Both the position numbers and the translations under genes were made by a program. A DNA stretch of 64,000 bases from Eledone cirrhosa (taxonomy: Eukaryota). Where the stretch lies: positions 21,576,001 through 21,640,000 of the forward strand of contig OZ024761.1 in NCBI GenBank assembly GCA_964016885.1. The letters run 5' to 3'. How positions within the stretch are numbered: the first letter of the stretch is position 1; every line of letters begins with the position of its first letter. The notes under the pieces were generated by a model, which was not told the origin of the DNA, searched no databases, and was given only the letters and a program-made list of their open reading frames with translations. Positions 39,103-52,681 of this stretch are shown piece after piece.

Positions 39103-39353
39103 AAGGGCCTTGTTTCAGGGGTGTACCAGGGATAAGTCTACATTTTATTTTTTGTTTATTTGATATAATAAATTCTTTTTAAGCTTGTTTTTTTTATATA
39201 TCTGAACTTCGTTTGAATATATAAAATTTAATTAGCGTTAAATTTTCCTTATGTGATAGGGTCCGGGAAAGGCACTATAAACAATTTATGCTCCTTTAGG
39301 AATCAACAAATGTTGGTTTGTCCCCCTCACATTTTTAAGGCAAACAAGGCCCC
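39103..39353. mobile_element. MITE (TIR AGGGCCTTGTTT / AAACAAGGCCCC)
   Basis: About 12-bp terminal inverted repeat around an AT-rich interior. Confidence 0.5.
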
Positions 39354-39921
39354 TATGTATATAATGTGTGTACTATAAACTGAATAATCAGACGATATAT
39401 GAAGAAAAAGTAAGGACACAAGGACGGTGTCGGTAGCAGAAGGGAGCTGTCTCTCATACTTGAGATATTTACTGTATTAAATTACTTTAATTTCAATGAA
39501 ATTTTAGCCATTATTTTAACTATCTATTAATTTCTTGTTATAATTATCATTATTTTATTTACGTTATAAACTGAATGACTGATGCAGACGATATAATTAG
39601 CAGAAGAGATGAGGGAGGCGGTAGTGGTGATGATGATGGAGGGTAGGGAGGTGTTCAGTGATGTTTCATGATGAGGACAGTATGAGTGCTAAACTTTCGA
39701 CAACTTTCAGTTCTCCTTCTTCCCGAAACACGTCATTTTCAGTTGAAACATTTTTGAACACGTGGCTAAAACCACGTTGTCGAAAACAACATTTTCGCCA
39801 ACTTCCGGTCTCTCTCACTCTTTCTCTTTCTCTCTCTCTCTCTCCCAGTCTTTTTCTTTCACTCTCTTTGTCTCTCTTTCCCTCTCTTTTTTTCTCTCTG
39901 TTTCTTTCTCATTCTCTCTCC

Positions 39922-40039
<118 letters not shown>

Positions 40040-41605
40040 AAATAATTTTTTGTAAAACTTTTTTCTGTCTTTGAAATATTTCATATAAATATAGTTATTA
40101 TATATATATTTTTTATTTTTGCAAGACTTCCTTTTTTTCTCTCTATTAAATATTTTTAATAAAAAAATTAATAATAATTATTATTATTATTAAAGCTTTA
40201 TTTTTGCAAAACTTTTAAATTTTTTCTGTGTTTGAAATTTATAAATAATAATTATTTTATTTTATTTTATAATTCTTTGCAAGTTTTATTTATCTGTATG
40301 AATTATTTTTATATAATTTATAATATTATTTCGTTATTTATCATACTTTGGAGGTTGATAAAATGCACTAACAATCAAGTATTGAGTTCTTTATAACCCC
40401 TCTGCGCCCCCCCCCCTCTTATGCTTAAAGTAGAAAATACTTTGTTTCGCACTCATAAGTTCTTTTTTTTTTTTTTAGCACTCTTCGCTAATCTTGGGAA
40501 CTGATTTCATCAGACAGAAGTGGGATTCTAAATATAGATATATTCCTCCTTGCAACGATTCCTTCACTCACCATCACCATCATCATCACAACCACCACAA
40601 CTACCATCATCATCACCATCATTAACACCACCATCACCACCATCACCACCACCACCACCACAACCACCACCACCACCACCACCAAACCATTATCACCACT
40701 ATCATTAACATCATTACCATAACCACCACTACCACCACCCACACCATCATCACTACCACAATCACCACCGCCACTACCACCACCCACACCATCATCACTA
40801 CCACAATCACCACCACCACTACCACCACCCACACCATCATCACTACCACAATCACCACCACCACTACCACCACCACCATCATTGTCATAACCACAACCAC
40901 CACCACCACTACCACCACCACTACCACTATCATCATCATCATCATTACCACAACCACCACCCACACCACCACCACTACCACCACCACCACTACCATCACC
41001 ATCATCATCATCATTACCACAACCACCACCCACACCACCACCACTACCACCACCATTACCACCACCACCACTACCATCACCATCATCATCATCATTACCA
41101 CAACGACCACCACCATCATCATTACCACAACCGCCACCACCACCACCATCCACTCGACTGTTACCATCATCATCATCACCACTTCACTATCCTTCCTACC
41201 AACACTACCAACAACAACAACAACACTATGAACCCCACATCACATTAATATATATGTGTGTGTGTGTGTTAAGAGTCATAATGACTTTTTATTAATCAGA
41301 CAAACTCATTAGTTTAATATGGCTAGTATTTGTATATCTATGACCATGGTATACTGTGTCTTTCTGCATGGCAGCCGATAACTTTGCTGACCTCAGTTAA
41401 GTTAATAAGTGTAAAATACTTGTCAGTACTCTCTGTTTCTAGAGAAGACTGAAGCTATTTCTCAGCTAGTCAATCCTTTAGATAACAACCTGCTCCCTAA
41501 ACTGACTCTGGTTCTATGAAAACAAAACCACCCATTTTAAAGGGCTCCTATTTAAATTAAAACCTTTCAACATGAAAATTGGTTATGTTTAGATATCCGA
41601 AAGGC

Positions 41606-42240
41606 TTTACATTACTCTATATATACTATTGTATTTTCACAGTAAAGGCTTTACCTCACATAATATCCCACATAACATTTACATTACTCTATATATACTA
41701 TTGTATTTTCACAGTAAAGGCTTTACCTCACATAATATCCCACATAACATTTACATTACTCTATATATACTATTGTATTTTCACAGTAAAGGCTTTACCT
41801 CACATAATATCTCACATAACATTTACATTACTCTATATATACTATTGTATTTTCACAGTAAAGGCTTTACCTCACATAATATCTCACATAACATTTACAT
41901 TACTCTATATATACTATTGTATTTTCACAGTAAAGGCTTTACCTCACATAATATCTCACATAACATTTACATTACTCTATATATACTATTGTATTTTCAC
42001 AGTAAAGGCTTTACCTCACATAATATCTCACATAACATTTACATTACTCTATATATACTATTGTATTTTCACAGTAAAGGCTTTACGTCACATAATTATC
42101 TCACATATATAGAATCTATGAGATTTTGATATTATTTATTTTGATAACAACACCTTAACATCAGTATGAGTGGCCAGTTATGGTTGGTTTGAACAGAAAG
42201 ACAGGAGATAATTCTGACCGGATATGGCCGGTTTAAATGG
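41606..42240. repeat. 72-bp tandem x~7 inside a family A MITE
   Basis: Unit tttacattactctatatatactattgtattttcacagtaaaggctttacctcacataatatctcacataaca, followed by the rest of the MITE. Confidence 0.9.
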
Positions 42241-42344
42241 CCTGGGTGAAAATATATGACTTCTTCTGCATTGTAACTGCTTCCTAAACAACCAGTCTTC
42301 ATATTCCACAATACTTCAATTTAAATAACCTGAGTACTGCTCCG

Positions 42345-43050
42345 TAACACAAAGGAGCAGATGTCCAAATACTGGGGCTTGCCTGGTCAATTCCATCTTG
42401 TGTTGGTGGCTGTTGAGACCTCTAGTGTCCTCCTTGGTCCCTGTACTGCTACAGATGTCTAAATACCAGGACTGGAGTGACCACTACCTTTCTGTACCAG
42501 TGGCTGTTGAGACATCTAGTCTCCTCCTTGGTCCCTGTACTGCTACAGATGTCTAAATACCAGGACTGGAGTGACCACTACCTTTCTGTGCCAGTGGATG
42601 TTGAGACATCTGGTGTCCTCCTTGGTCCCTGTACTGCTACAGATGTCTAAATACCAGGACTGGAGTGACCACTACCTTTCTGTGCCAGTGGATGTTGAGA
42701 CATCTGGTGTCCTCCTTGGTCCCTGTACTGCTACAGATGTCTAAATACCAGGACTGGAGTGACCACTACCTTTCTGTACCAGTGGCTGTTGAGACATCTG
42801 GTGTCCTTCTTGGTCCCTGCACTGCTACAGATGTCCAAATACCAGGACTGGAGTGACCACTACCTTTCTGTGCCAGTGGCGGTCGAGACCTCTGGTTCCC
42901 TCTTTAGTCGTTGCACTGTCGTTTACCTCCAGAAAATAGGGAGAAGTACATCTCACATGAGGAAAGATCCCGATGAGGTGGAGTGGCTGATGTAGTGGGT
43001 GTCTCTGGCTGTTATCTACAACAATGGCATCACCATTTTATCAGCAATCC
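42345..43050 (+). mobile_element. CRE-like (RLE-type) non-LTR retrotransposon 3' fragment with 94-bp tandem amplification
   Basis: KYQDWSDHYLSVPVAVETSG...YLQKIGR...DPDEVEWL..VSLAV...N..IL resembles a CRE C-terminus; period 94 (42481, 42575, 42669, 42763, 42857). Confidence 0.6.
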
Positions 43051-43859
43051 TACCCCATACCGCTTCCCTGTAATGTATTGAATGTCACAAGAGGAAACCA
43101 AGCCTTGTAAAGACATTCACTCATGTCCTTGACCCAATCCCTATTAAAATTCAGAGTTAATGTCTGCCAATAGAAACCAAGGCTTGTAAAGAAAATACTT
43201 GTTGATATATTTTTGGAAAACTATAATCCATTGTGTTCAGAACTGAACAAACGTAAAACTGTGTGAGGAGACGGAAGACCAGGGTTTATATAAAATGTTT
43301 ATACACTCACACACACACACACAGAGTTACACAAAGTCACACACTCACACACACACACAGAGTTACTCAAAGTCACACACACACACAGAGTTACACAAAG
43401 TCACACACACACACAGAGTTACACAAAGTCACACACACACACAGAGTTACACAAAGTCACACACACACACAATCCCACACACAGAAAGTCACACACACAA
43501 ATGAATAATGAACAATAATGATATGTGTGATTCCTTTTGTTGGCAATATTGTTACATGACCATCCCCAAATATAACAATATATATGTGTGTGTGTATATA
43601 TATGTATATATATATATATATCATCATCATCATCATCACCGTTTTACATCCGTCCTTCCACGCTAGCATGGGTTAGACGGGTTGTCCTGTTGTGGGCAGT
43701 GTCTGGTCGGCTGACCATGTCTTGCTCATACGGGAACTGATTCTGGCTTGATTTCTACAGCTGGATGCCCTTCCTAACACCAACCTCATTTACAGTGAGT
43801 GCTGGGTGCTTTTTTGCCGGGAGGGTGTGGAGGCATATTGTCTATATGCTTCAGCTTCA

Positions 43860-44020
43860 GCTTGTACCCGTGGGGGGTCTTCTGTATTACTGCGTAGCGC
43901 CAAAGATCTCGGTCCAGTGACATTGTCTTAGAGAGGTGCAAGTGTGTAAGGTCGGAATTTATCAAATCGTCCCAGGTTTTTCTGGGTCTACCTACTCCGT
44001 AACTACCGTCAATTTTGATC

Positions 44021-44022
<2 letters not shown>
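43860..44022 (-). mobile_element. RTE LINE 3' fragment
   Basis: IKIDGSYGVGRPRKTWDDLINSDL..., near-identical to 13990-14150. Confidence 0.85.
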
Positions 44023-44057
<35 letters not shown>

Positions 44058-44099
44058 AGTGGTACTTGAGGGGGTATGGTGAGTGCAAGAGGAAGTTGG

Positions 44100-44722
44100 A
44101 GAGGAAGATAGATGGGTCAGGTGATATTTTATGGTTTACTTGTGGCTAGTCTCCCTCTTCCAAGGGTCCCAGCCACTGGAATTTCTCTGCATTTCTCTAT
44201 GAAGCTGCTATCTTCTGTGTGCATCTGATGTCCACACTAACACAGACTTCTCTCTTGCATGCTGCATCAAATTCCTGTATGCCATTTGTCTCTCAGTCCA
44301 CTTATGCTACGCTGTTCATGCACATTGATATTTCACATCCATGGGCGGAGGTGGTGAGAGCTGACCTCAGATCGCTGAAACTGACAGAGGAAATGACGAA
44401 GGACCGTGACAAGTGGAGGACCTGTCCCACCCTTGCAAGCAGGGAAAAGCGGACGTAAAATGATGATGATGATTGTAGCATACTTGCTTCATTTCTTTCC
44501 AGTCTCCCTCTGGTCAAGGCCCATATCTCACTGCCATGTAGCACAGCAGTTCACACACAGATATCATACAGTCTTCTCTTCACTCTCATCGAGAAGCCCT
44601 TTGTTGTCAGCAGAGCTGACACCACCATCATCATCACCAAACTTCTATCCTGTTCTTATCCTGGCTATCACATTTTCAGAATATCCCCCCCCCCCCACTG
44701 CTAATTAGGTCCCCTGGGTAAC
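44100..44722 (-). mobile_element. Old RTE fragment (-) interrupted by a younger RTE 3' end (+, 44341-44473)
   Basis: MLHGSEIW...LERNEASML on -, and WAEVVRADLRSL...ASREKRT plus tail on +. Confidence 0.75.
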
Positions 44723-44896
44723 AAAAGCTGTCAACAACTTCTAATGAGTCTCCCTGGCGACTAATGTTCTGGGGTACTCTATATAATATGTGTACAGTCT
44801 AACCTAGCAGTACTATTTTCTGTATCTAGATCTGAATTTAGTTCAGATCTAGCTGTTGAAATGGCAGGAGCTCAGCCATCGGGGTCCCAAATCCTT

Positions 44897-44938
<42 letters not shown>

Positions 44939-45013
44939 AGTGTATGTGTCCTTACATTCTCTACAGATTATCTCCTGTTAAAGTTTGATGTTATTTTCTG
45001 CATGTATGTCATT

Positions 45014-45063
<50 letters not shown>

Positions 45064-45203
45064 TAAAATACCCTCTTTGGATTTTAGTCTTCAAATTTAT
45101 TATTATTACTATATATATATATATATATATATATTGAACTAGCCTGCTTTTAAATTCCCTTTTTGGCATATTTTGGCAGTGGAACTTTTGGTTATCGCGT
45201 TGA

Positions 45204-45284
45204 GCTCTACTGAGGAACGACTCCAACCGTGACTAATCCCACTGAAAAGTTCCGTGAAATAGTCTTTTTAAGACTATATAGAGC
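45204..45284 (+). ncRNA. Type I hammerhead ribozyme motif with full stem III
   Basis: GCTCTA-CTGAGGA-ACG...CGT-GAAA-TAGTCTT ttt AAGACTA-T-A-TAGAGC. Confidence 0.8.
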
Positions 45285-45599
45285 ATTTGTAGTTTTTCCA
45301 AATTGAAGGATGAGTATTTAAACTTTATTTTATTCTGAGTTAAGACTCTTGTTTTTCCCTGGATTTCACAAAATCTGTGGATAAAATCTCTGTCTTGATT
45401 TTTTAAAAATTGAGTTTGAATTATTTTCCCATATCTTACGTTAATTATTTTCTATTTTGACGTTATAGTCACTTATATATTATGAAATATTGTTGGCTTT
45501 TTGCTCACATTAATTTCTCTATTTTCATTTATATATATATGTATATATATACATATATATATAAATGAAAATAGAGAAATTATATATATATATATATAT

Positions 45600-45630
<31 letters not shown>

Positions 45631-46954
45631 TATAGATGGTGAGATATGAAAATAGTTTCTTTTATTCCTGTTGACTCATAGATTCTTTCAGTTTGATAAC
45701 TTTCCTGTGAACCAGGAAATAAGGAAACACTACGACTTGTTGCTGAATTAACACTTTTCCTCTCTCTTGTCTTCTCTCATCTTCGGCTGCAGATTTCAAT
45801 ATCATAATTTCATTATTTACATAAAACAGAGAACAACCAGCAGGAAGATCTGGTGATGTTGTTGTTGTTGTTGTTGGGGGGGGGGGTATTATTGAAGATG
45901 GTGGTGGTGGTGGTATTATTGATGGTGGTGGTGGTGGTATTATTGATGATGGTGGTGGTGGTGGTGGTGGTTGTAGTATTATTGATGATGGTTGGTGGTG
46001 GTGGTGGTGGTATTATTGATGGTGGTGGTGGTGGTGGTTGTAGTATTATTGATGATGGTAGTGGTGGTGTTGTTAGTAGTGGTAGTGGTGATGGTGTTAG
46101 TAGTGGTGTTAGTAACAGTGGTGGTGATGGTGTTAGTAGTGGTGTTAGTAACAGTGGTGGTGATGGTGTAGTGTACACAAACATACGTTTCTGTATCTCT
46201 CCATGTCTATATCCAGTTACTACAGTTACATCTTTACACAGTTCATTAATGGACTGTATTAGCAACTTCCTATCTCTACCCTTTCTACTTCTGTAAAACC
46301 CAGCTTCTCAACATTTCTACAGATACAATAACATATCCAAGAGCCCCAATAATCACAGGTACAAATCTAAAGGTATAGTCAGGGTGGAGTATCTACAGAT
46401 TCCTCATTAGTTCAGCATAGATGATCTTTTCATTAATCTTTTGCATTATACTGACATCTGCTGTCGGTAGAAGGTCGGACGCCATGCTTTCTAGCATAGA
46501 GTTACATCCCTTTATGGTCTGAGTTCAAATCCCACCAAGGTTAACTTTGCTTTTCATCCTTACGGGAGTCGATAAAATAAAGTACCAGTAATGCACTGGG
46601 GTAATTGCTGGCCTTGTGCCAAAAGTAGAAACAGTTATATTGACATCTGGTGGGCAGCTGATTCCCACTACTGTGCATGTCTTCTTTTCTCTGTCACTAT
46701 ATCTGGTCTCTTATATTTGCATTTTATGGGGGTTTTCACTGGAACATTCCACCAGTACTCTTTCATATTATGTATGTATATATCCTCCCCTCCCCCCACA
46801 TCACTGTAAATTTCTGTGTTTATTCACAGGACTGTCTTATCTAAGGATTGTATTGTATAGTGTCTGGGCCACTAAATCCTGTCTCACAGGTAGATAGTAT
46901 CGTGATGACATCTTTGGACAGCTACTTATGATGTGTGGTGACATCTTTGGACAG

Positions 46955-47350
46955 CTGCTATATGGAAGTGAAACATGGACCCTTTCATCCAAACAACAAA
47001 AGTACCTTGATGTCACCTACATTCGCCTGCTTCAACACATTCAGAACATAAGCTGGTGACATCTGACTTTGAGATATATGCCAGCCTCTCACGCATATCT
47101 GTTGTTGTACGTAAAAGGAGAGTAAGATTTGCTGGCCACTGCCATCGTGCCACCTCTGAGGCTGTGTCCCCATTAGTGCTCTAGAAACTACAAGGAGGCA
47201 CAAGCTCTCCTATCCCGATGACATCTTTAGAGATTCTGGTATTGAAATCCAGGACTTGGCAACGGCAATGAACAACAGATCTACGTGGTGATCAATTGTT
47301 GAGTCAACTTCAACTGAGGCTACTGGATGATGATGATGATGATGATGATG
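46955..47350 (+). mobile_element. RTE-X-like LINE 3' fragment
   Basis: LLYGSETW...TYIRLLQHIQNISW...VRFAGHCHR with a (TGA)n tail; sister copy at 56236-56575. Confidence 0.8.
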
Positions 47351-48344
47351 TGAGTGACATGCTCAATGTTAATTCCTCTCAGTCTCCATCTGTTGTCACA
47401 TCTAGGTGTTTTGCTTTCATCCCTCTGTCTTTTGTACATCAGGTATTTTGATATTTCTTGTTCATGAAACTTTCTTGTGTCACACCTAATATATACACTC
47501 TGCTATAGAAAAGAGTGTTCATATTACTACCACTTCCAGTAATCAACAAAATTACTGACTAAGAATAACCTAATATATATAGTCCAACCCATGCTAGAGT
47601 GGAAGATGGACATTAAATGATGATGATGATGATGTAGCAATTTCTACAGCAATCCTGCACATGCCGCATTCATTTTCCAACACGTAAGACCAGTTACAGA
47701 AGAATACTCAAATTGTTTGTTTTATCTTGGAACTGTTTGAGACCCGCATTTGAAAAGAGGGTTTTATCCCTGAAATTTCATGTGTGCACATATGTACTAT
47801 ACATGCACCTTTGATAAGTTGTAGTGCACCTAAGCACTGTACACAATAATTTCATTATTTTTATTATTATAACACAAAATATACAGATCTACACATGCAA
47901 TAACACCCATACTTACACACATGAATTTAGGTAGTTGATGTCTAATTCCAATGAAAATGTCATTCATACACACACATACATACATGCACGCTTCATGCAT
48001 GCATACATACACACGCACACATAAATATATATGACTGGAAGAAATCTTTTCCCCGCGAATCGAAAGAACTTATTACTTTTCATCATCAGTTGATGTGGCA
48101 CCGGTAAGTTGCTTGCATCGTTGGCATTTTGGAAAAAAATTTCGAAAAAAAAAAAAAAAAAAGTCTTGTATTTATTCGAGAAAGTTCTGTCCTTTTCTGT
48201 TCTTCTTCCGGTCCCACCCACTTTCTTGTATAAAAATAAAATAAAATAAGTCTAAAACAAAATATATTTAATAAGTTTCTACCATTTGCCAACTTTGTCC
48301 GCCCCGGTTCAAATTTCTTACGCGTAATTCTTGCGGACGACTAC

Positions 48345-48505
48345 CGGCAGCCACGTTGACAAAGTTCTGATTGGCTGTTTCTGGTCACGTGCCGACCGAC
48401 GCTGCATTCTGATTGGCTGCACGTTTGTCCGCCGTACACAGCATCTCATTGTCGAAGCCATTGAGGAGAGAGGTCGGGAGCAGCTTCGTTCATATATAAA
48501 AGTCG
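48345..48505 (+). promoter_or_regulatory. Probable calumenin promoter / non-coding first exon
   Basis: CpG-rich patch with two inverted CCAAT boxes CTGATTGGCT (48367, 48409), GTCACGTG (48384), TATATAAAAG (~48493) and donor-like GTGAGT (48506) and GTAAGT (48778). The first coding exon starts at a splice acceptor, so an upstream exon is expected. Confidence 0.65.
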
Positions 48506-49074
48506 GTGAGTAGAAAAAGCAACGTGGCATTTGCTGTCATATATTGCTCTAATACCCTTGCTTCATTGTTTATTTTATTTCCTTGCCAACAACAGCTCCG
48601 CCTGTCAACTGTCATTAGAAGCATTTATATCATTTCATCCGATTCATTGACATTTAAGAGAGAAAAGAAAGTTTGTATACACATATATAGAGAGATCGCA
48701 AACTGATTTATTTTACTCCCTTTATTCCAAATATATTTCTACAAGGATCAGATCTGTGATTATTCCCGAGAAGCACAGTAAGTACGTTATAAATATGTTT
48801 GTATGCACACACACACATATATATATATTTAATATAGAAATGGCTTCTACAGGACTAGAACTGTTTCATTCCGGAGATATCACCAGGAATATTTATACTC
48901 TTGCTATGTATTGAGTACCTTACTTACTGTGGTTACCCCCGATTGAACCCGGGATAAACTTATATATATATATAAACACTCAAACAGATTCGCTCGGAGC
49001 CGATGATTCATTCGATCAGGGCTTTATTTTTTTTTTTTTCGTCTTTCAAGCTATTTACTAAAAGATTAAGTTTT

Positions 49075-49106
<32 letters not shown>

Positions 49107-49117
49107 ATGTATGTATG

Positions 49118-49153
<36 letters not shown>

Positions 49154-49249
49154 ATGTGTGTGTTAAGTATTTCCGAAGGAAAAAAAAGAGTGCTCTATAT
49201 ATAGAACAGAGCTATTTAATTAGAAAGTGAACAACACAAAATATAACTA

Positions 49250-49317
49250 CTCCATTACCAAAGGTTTCAGGACCTTAGACAGTATTAATATACGTCTGAA
49301 TCGCTCATCAGACAGAG
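49250..49317 (-). ncRNA. Type I hammerhead ribozyme motif (intact core)
   Basis: On -: CTCTGT-CTGATGA-[imperfect stem II]-GAAA-CC ttt GG-T-A-ATGGAG. Confidence 0.7.
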
Positions 49318-49359
49318 GGGTTTTATATATATATATGGTGGTATGTCATGTATCATTAT

Positions 49360-49412
49360 ATTTTGTCTGATGAGGACGTACTGTTGTACCTCTGAAATAT
49401 GTATAATAAAAT
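49360..49412 (+). ncRNA. Type I hammerhead ribozyme motif (intact core)
   Basis: ATTTTGT-CTGATGA-GGACGTAC tgtt GTACCTCT-GAAA-TATGTAT-A-ATAAAAT. Confidence 0.72.
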
Positions 49413-49552
49413 TTAATTGATCAAAAGAACAACTATTTTATTAATATTTGTATTTTAATATTAGTAACTCTGGAAATTTATATATTTCTAGAGTGCTTCC
49501 AATCTACTGTAGAACTCATTCTTTGATGTACTCATTGAATCTTGTTTAACTC

Positions 49553-49612
<60 letters not shown>

Positions 49613-51019
49613 TGCCACAGCACGTACACATTTGTATGTGTATGAATCTTATACGTCCATGTGTATATATGTGAGAATGTGTAAATATTACTGTGTATAT
49701 ATATAATGTGTAGGTAGGTAGCTGATCGCCAGCTCATAGCTAAGCCCTCATTCAATACCCTATATGACTACACAAGTCAACGAGGAATCTTCGTTTTGCT
49801 AGAAATAACAGCCAAATCTCGCTTCCCTTCCATAGAGGAAGGACACACTGGATAAGTATTGCATCCCTAGGTATAATACAGTCTGAAGATGAAGAAAAAG
49901 GATGAAATGATCATTGCTGGATCAGAGCTGACCTAGGGCTAAATAACAGCAACACTGTAGAAAATAGCCCTGCAATGTATATAATATATATTTTGAATGT
50001 AAATTTATATTTATATACTCTCTTGGGTGTACAAACGATAGAAGAAGCGACTAAACTACTTGTAGAGTTTAGTAGACATTTGGATCTCATTAAATTGCTG
50101 AGAAATGTTTTTAAAAACTTAATTTTTCATCCATCACCCACCATCTAACACACCCACACACATATATATATATATATATCATCATCATCATATATATATA
50201 TATGTGCACACACTCATCATCATCATCGTTTAACATCGATCTTCCACGCTAGAGGATGTCCCCCCCCCCCAAAAAAAAAAATGGATACACACTTTGATCA
50301 CCTTGTTGAAGAGTATATACATTTTTTAGGGACAGCCTGTATATATATAATATATATATATTCACACACACACCTTGATCACCTTGTTGAAGTGTATATA
50401 TTTTTTGGCGACACCCTGTGTATGTGTAATGACACGATATATATACCTGCTTTGTAAACTTTAATCTTCTCTCTAATACTTTAACCCTCCACCTACCAGC
50501 AGCCATAGCCAAGCAATGGTGTAAAAGTTTGGAGATAAATTTGGTAAAGAAACCCGTTCTTTGTCAGTCTTCCTCCTCTTCAAGCTGATTTAGTTTATTT
50601 TTTTCCTCCTGTATATAGTTTGTCTCTCACACACACACACACACACACACATATGTTGGCGTGGAAGATGGACGTTAAACGAAGATGATATATATATATA
50701 TATATATATATATAAATGAAAATAGAGAAATTAATTGTTTCTACTTTTGGCACAAGGCCAGCAATTATTCCAGTGTATTACTGGTACTTTATTTTATCGA
50801 CCCCCTTAAGGATGAAAGGCAAAGTTAGAAATTAATGTAAGCAAGAAGCCTACATATATGTGTGTGTGTGTGTGTATACCATATATATATATATATGATG
50901 AAAACTTTATAGACGTTAAACGATGATGATATATAAAGTCTTCTTCACCCCAGTATATAGTTTATCTGATAGAGAGAGATGTATGTCCCGATCGCGACGC
51001 CAAGCGGTTTCGGCTTGTG

Positions 51020-51081
<62 letters not shown>

Positions 51082-52008
51082 TCCCCCATAGTTTGACTGA
51101 CATAAAGAAGGTTGCTGGTATAATTTACAACGGGGTGTCGAGCTAATCCTAGTTTTAGTTTCCTCCTCACAATACTACTAACACCTTTTAATGACATTTA
51201 CACAAATACTCTTACCATTAAGTTGACTTCATGATTAATAGAAATGATTCCTTTTACTGGTTCCTGTCATTTGACTGTGGCCATGCTGGGGTCACCGTCT
51301 TCTAGGGGTTTTGGTGGTCTTGGTCAATCATATCACCCCCGCCAGTGCTTATTTTAGGGATCTCTTGTAGAGACATTTAAACACAGACACACCCACCCTC
51401 CCATGTGACGGGCTTCAGCAGTTTCCGCCTACCAAATTTCACTCACATATATAAAGACACTTTGACCCAAGGTACCAATCTGAACTAATTAAAAATGTTA
51501 AAATGTTTATATATATTTAATTCTTTAATAGATTAGTAAACTTTGTAAAAGACCCCAAGAAATATAAATATATTTAAAAAAATTAATTAGTAAACTTTTT
51601 TGCAGATATATTGGTGAAATTTTTAAAAATGTAATTTTTTTAAGACCTAAAGAAGTATAAATATATTATTTTTTTAAAATAGTAAGCTTCAAAAACTTTT
51701 GGTGAAATAAAAAAAAAAGAATGTAATTATTATTTTTCTTTTTATACTTTCATTATTGTATAAACAGGAGTTCAAATCCCGCCGAGATTGACTTTGCCTT
51801 TCATCCTTACGGGGTCGATAAAATAAAGTACCAGTAATGCACTGTGTAATTGTTGGCCTTGTGCCAAAAGTAGAAACAATTATTGTATATATCGATTGGT
51901 TGTTTTGATTTATTGATTAGAGGTCGAAATCTGTAGTAGGCTAAATTTAAACGCGATAATTTTGTCATCATTCCTTCTAATTACATGTTGAAATTAAATA
52001 ATATTAAG

Positions 52009-52065
<57 letters not shown>

Positions 52066-52453
52066 TTTGGTACTGGAATATAATGTCATTATAAACTATG
52101 TTTACTTCTATTCAATCGATATTACAGCATCTAATTACAAATATTTCATTTACCCTCATTGATGGAAGCAAACTTAAAAAATACTATTCTTCCTACCAAC
52201 TAGAGATTACAATCACAAGAAGAAACAAATAATAATTTCTCCATCATAATCTTGGAATACGTGTCCAGGAATTTTGATTTAAAATATTATTTATTATTAT
52301 TGAGAAAGATGTGATCCGTTATAAACACACACACGATCTTGTGTTGTTTACCTCTAACCGCTTTTTATACCATTCCACCCGACTTGGTCATTAACTGGAA
52401 CCATATATGGAGCGGCCGTTTTCACCTTCAAGAAATGCCACTTAAATCTCATA

Positions 52454-52681
52454 TTAACTCCATTTCATGCTAAAAGCTCCTCTGGTTCTGTGGAATAAAA
52501 TCACCAATTCTGAATGGGGCCTATTTAAATTGAACTCTTTCAATATAATTTGATATAATCTTTTGGTTATGTTACAAATACCATCTTAATAATGAATTAG
52601 CTTAAAAGATCTCTTCAAATTCTTAATTAATTACTCCAAATCGGGTGTATTTCTAATGAAATATGGCAACAAAAGGGTTAA
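52454..52681. mobile_element. piggyBac-like MITE family B (old copy)
   Basis: TTAA at both ends; right end ...gtatttctaatgaaatatggcaacaaaagggTTAA. Related ends at ~1630-1653, 9889-9925, 27712-27742 and 57794-57813. Confidence 0.65.

Noticed and set aside
40488-41182. Gly/Asp-rich structural-protein-like ORF
   Set aside because: Compound trinucleotide microsatellite open in several frames; no signal peptide or exon support
45660-46320. Possible two-exon ORF on the - strand
   Set aside because: The second acceptor is poor (CAA repeat), the product is unrecognisable and there is no start exon
48345-48425. ERSE/ERSE-II elements in the calumenin promoter
   Set aside because: CCAAT and CACG cores are present, but the spacing does not match CCAAT-N9-CCACG or ATTGG-N-CCACG
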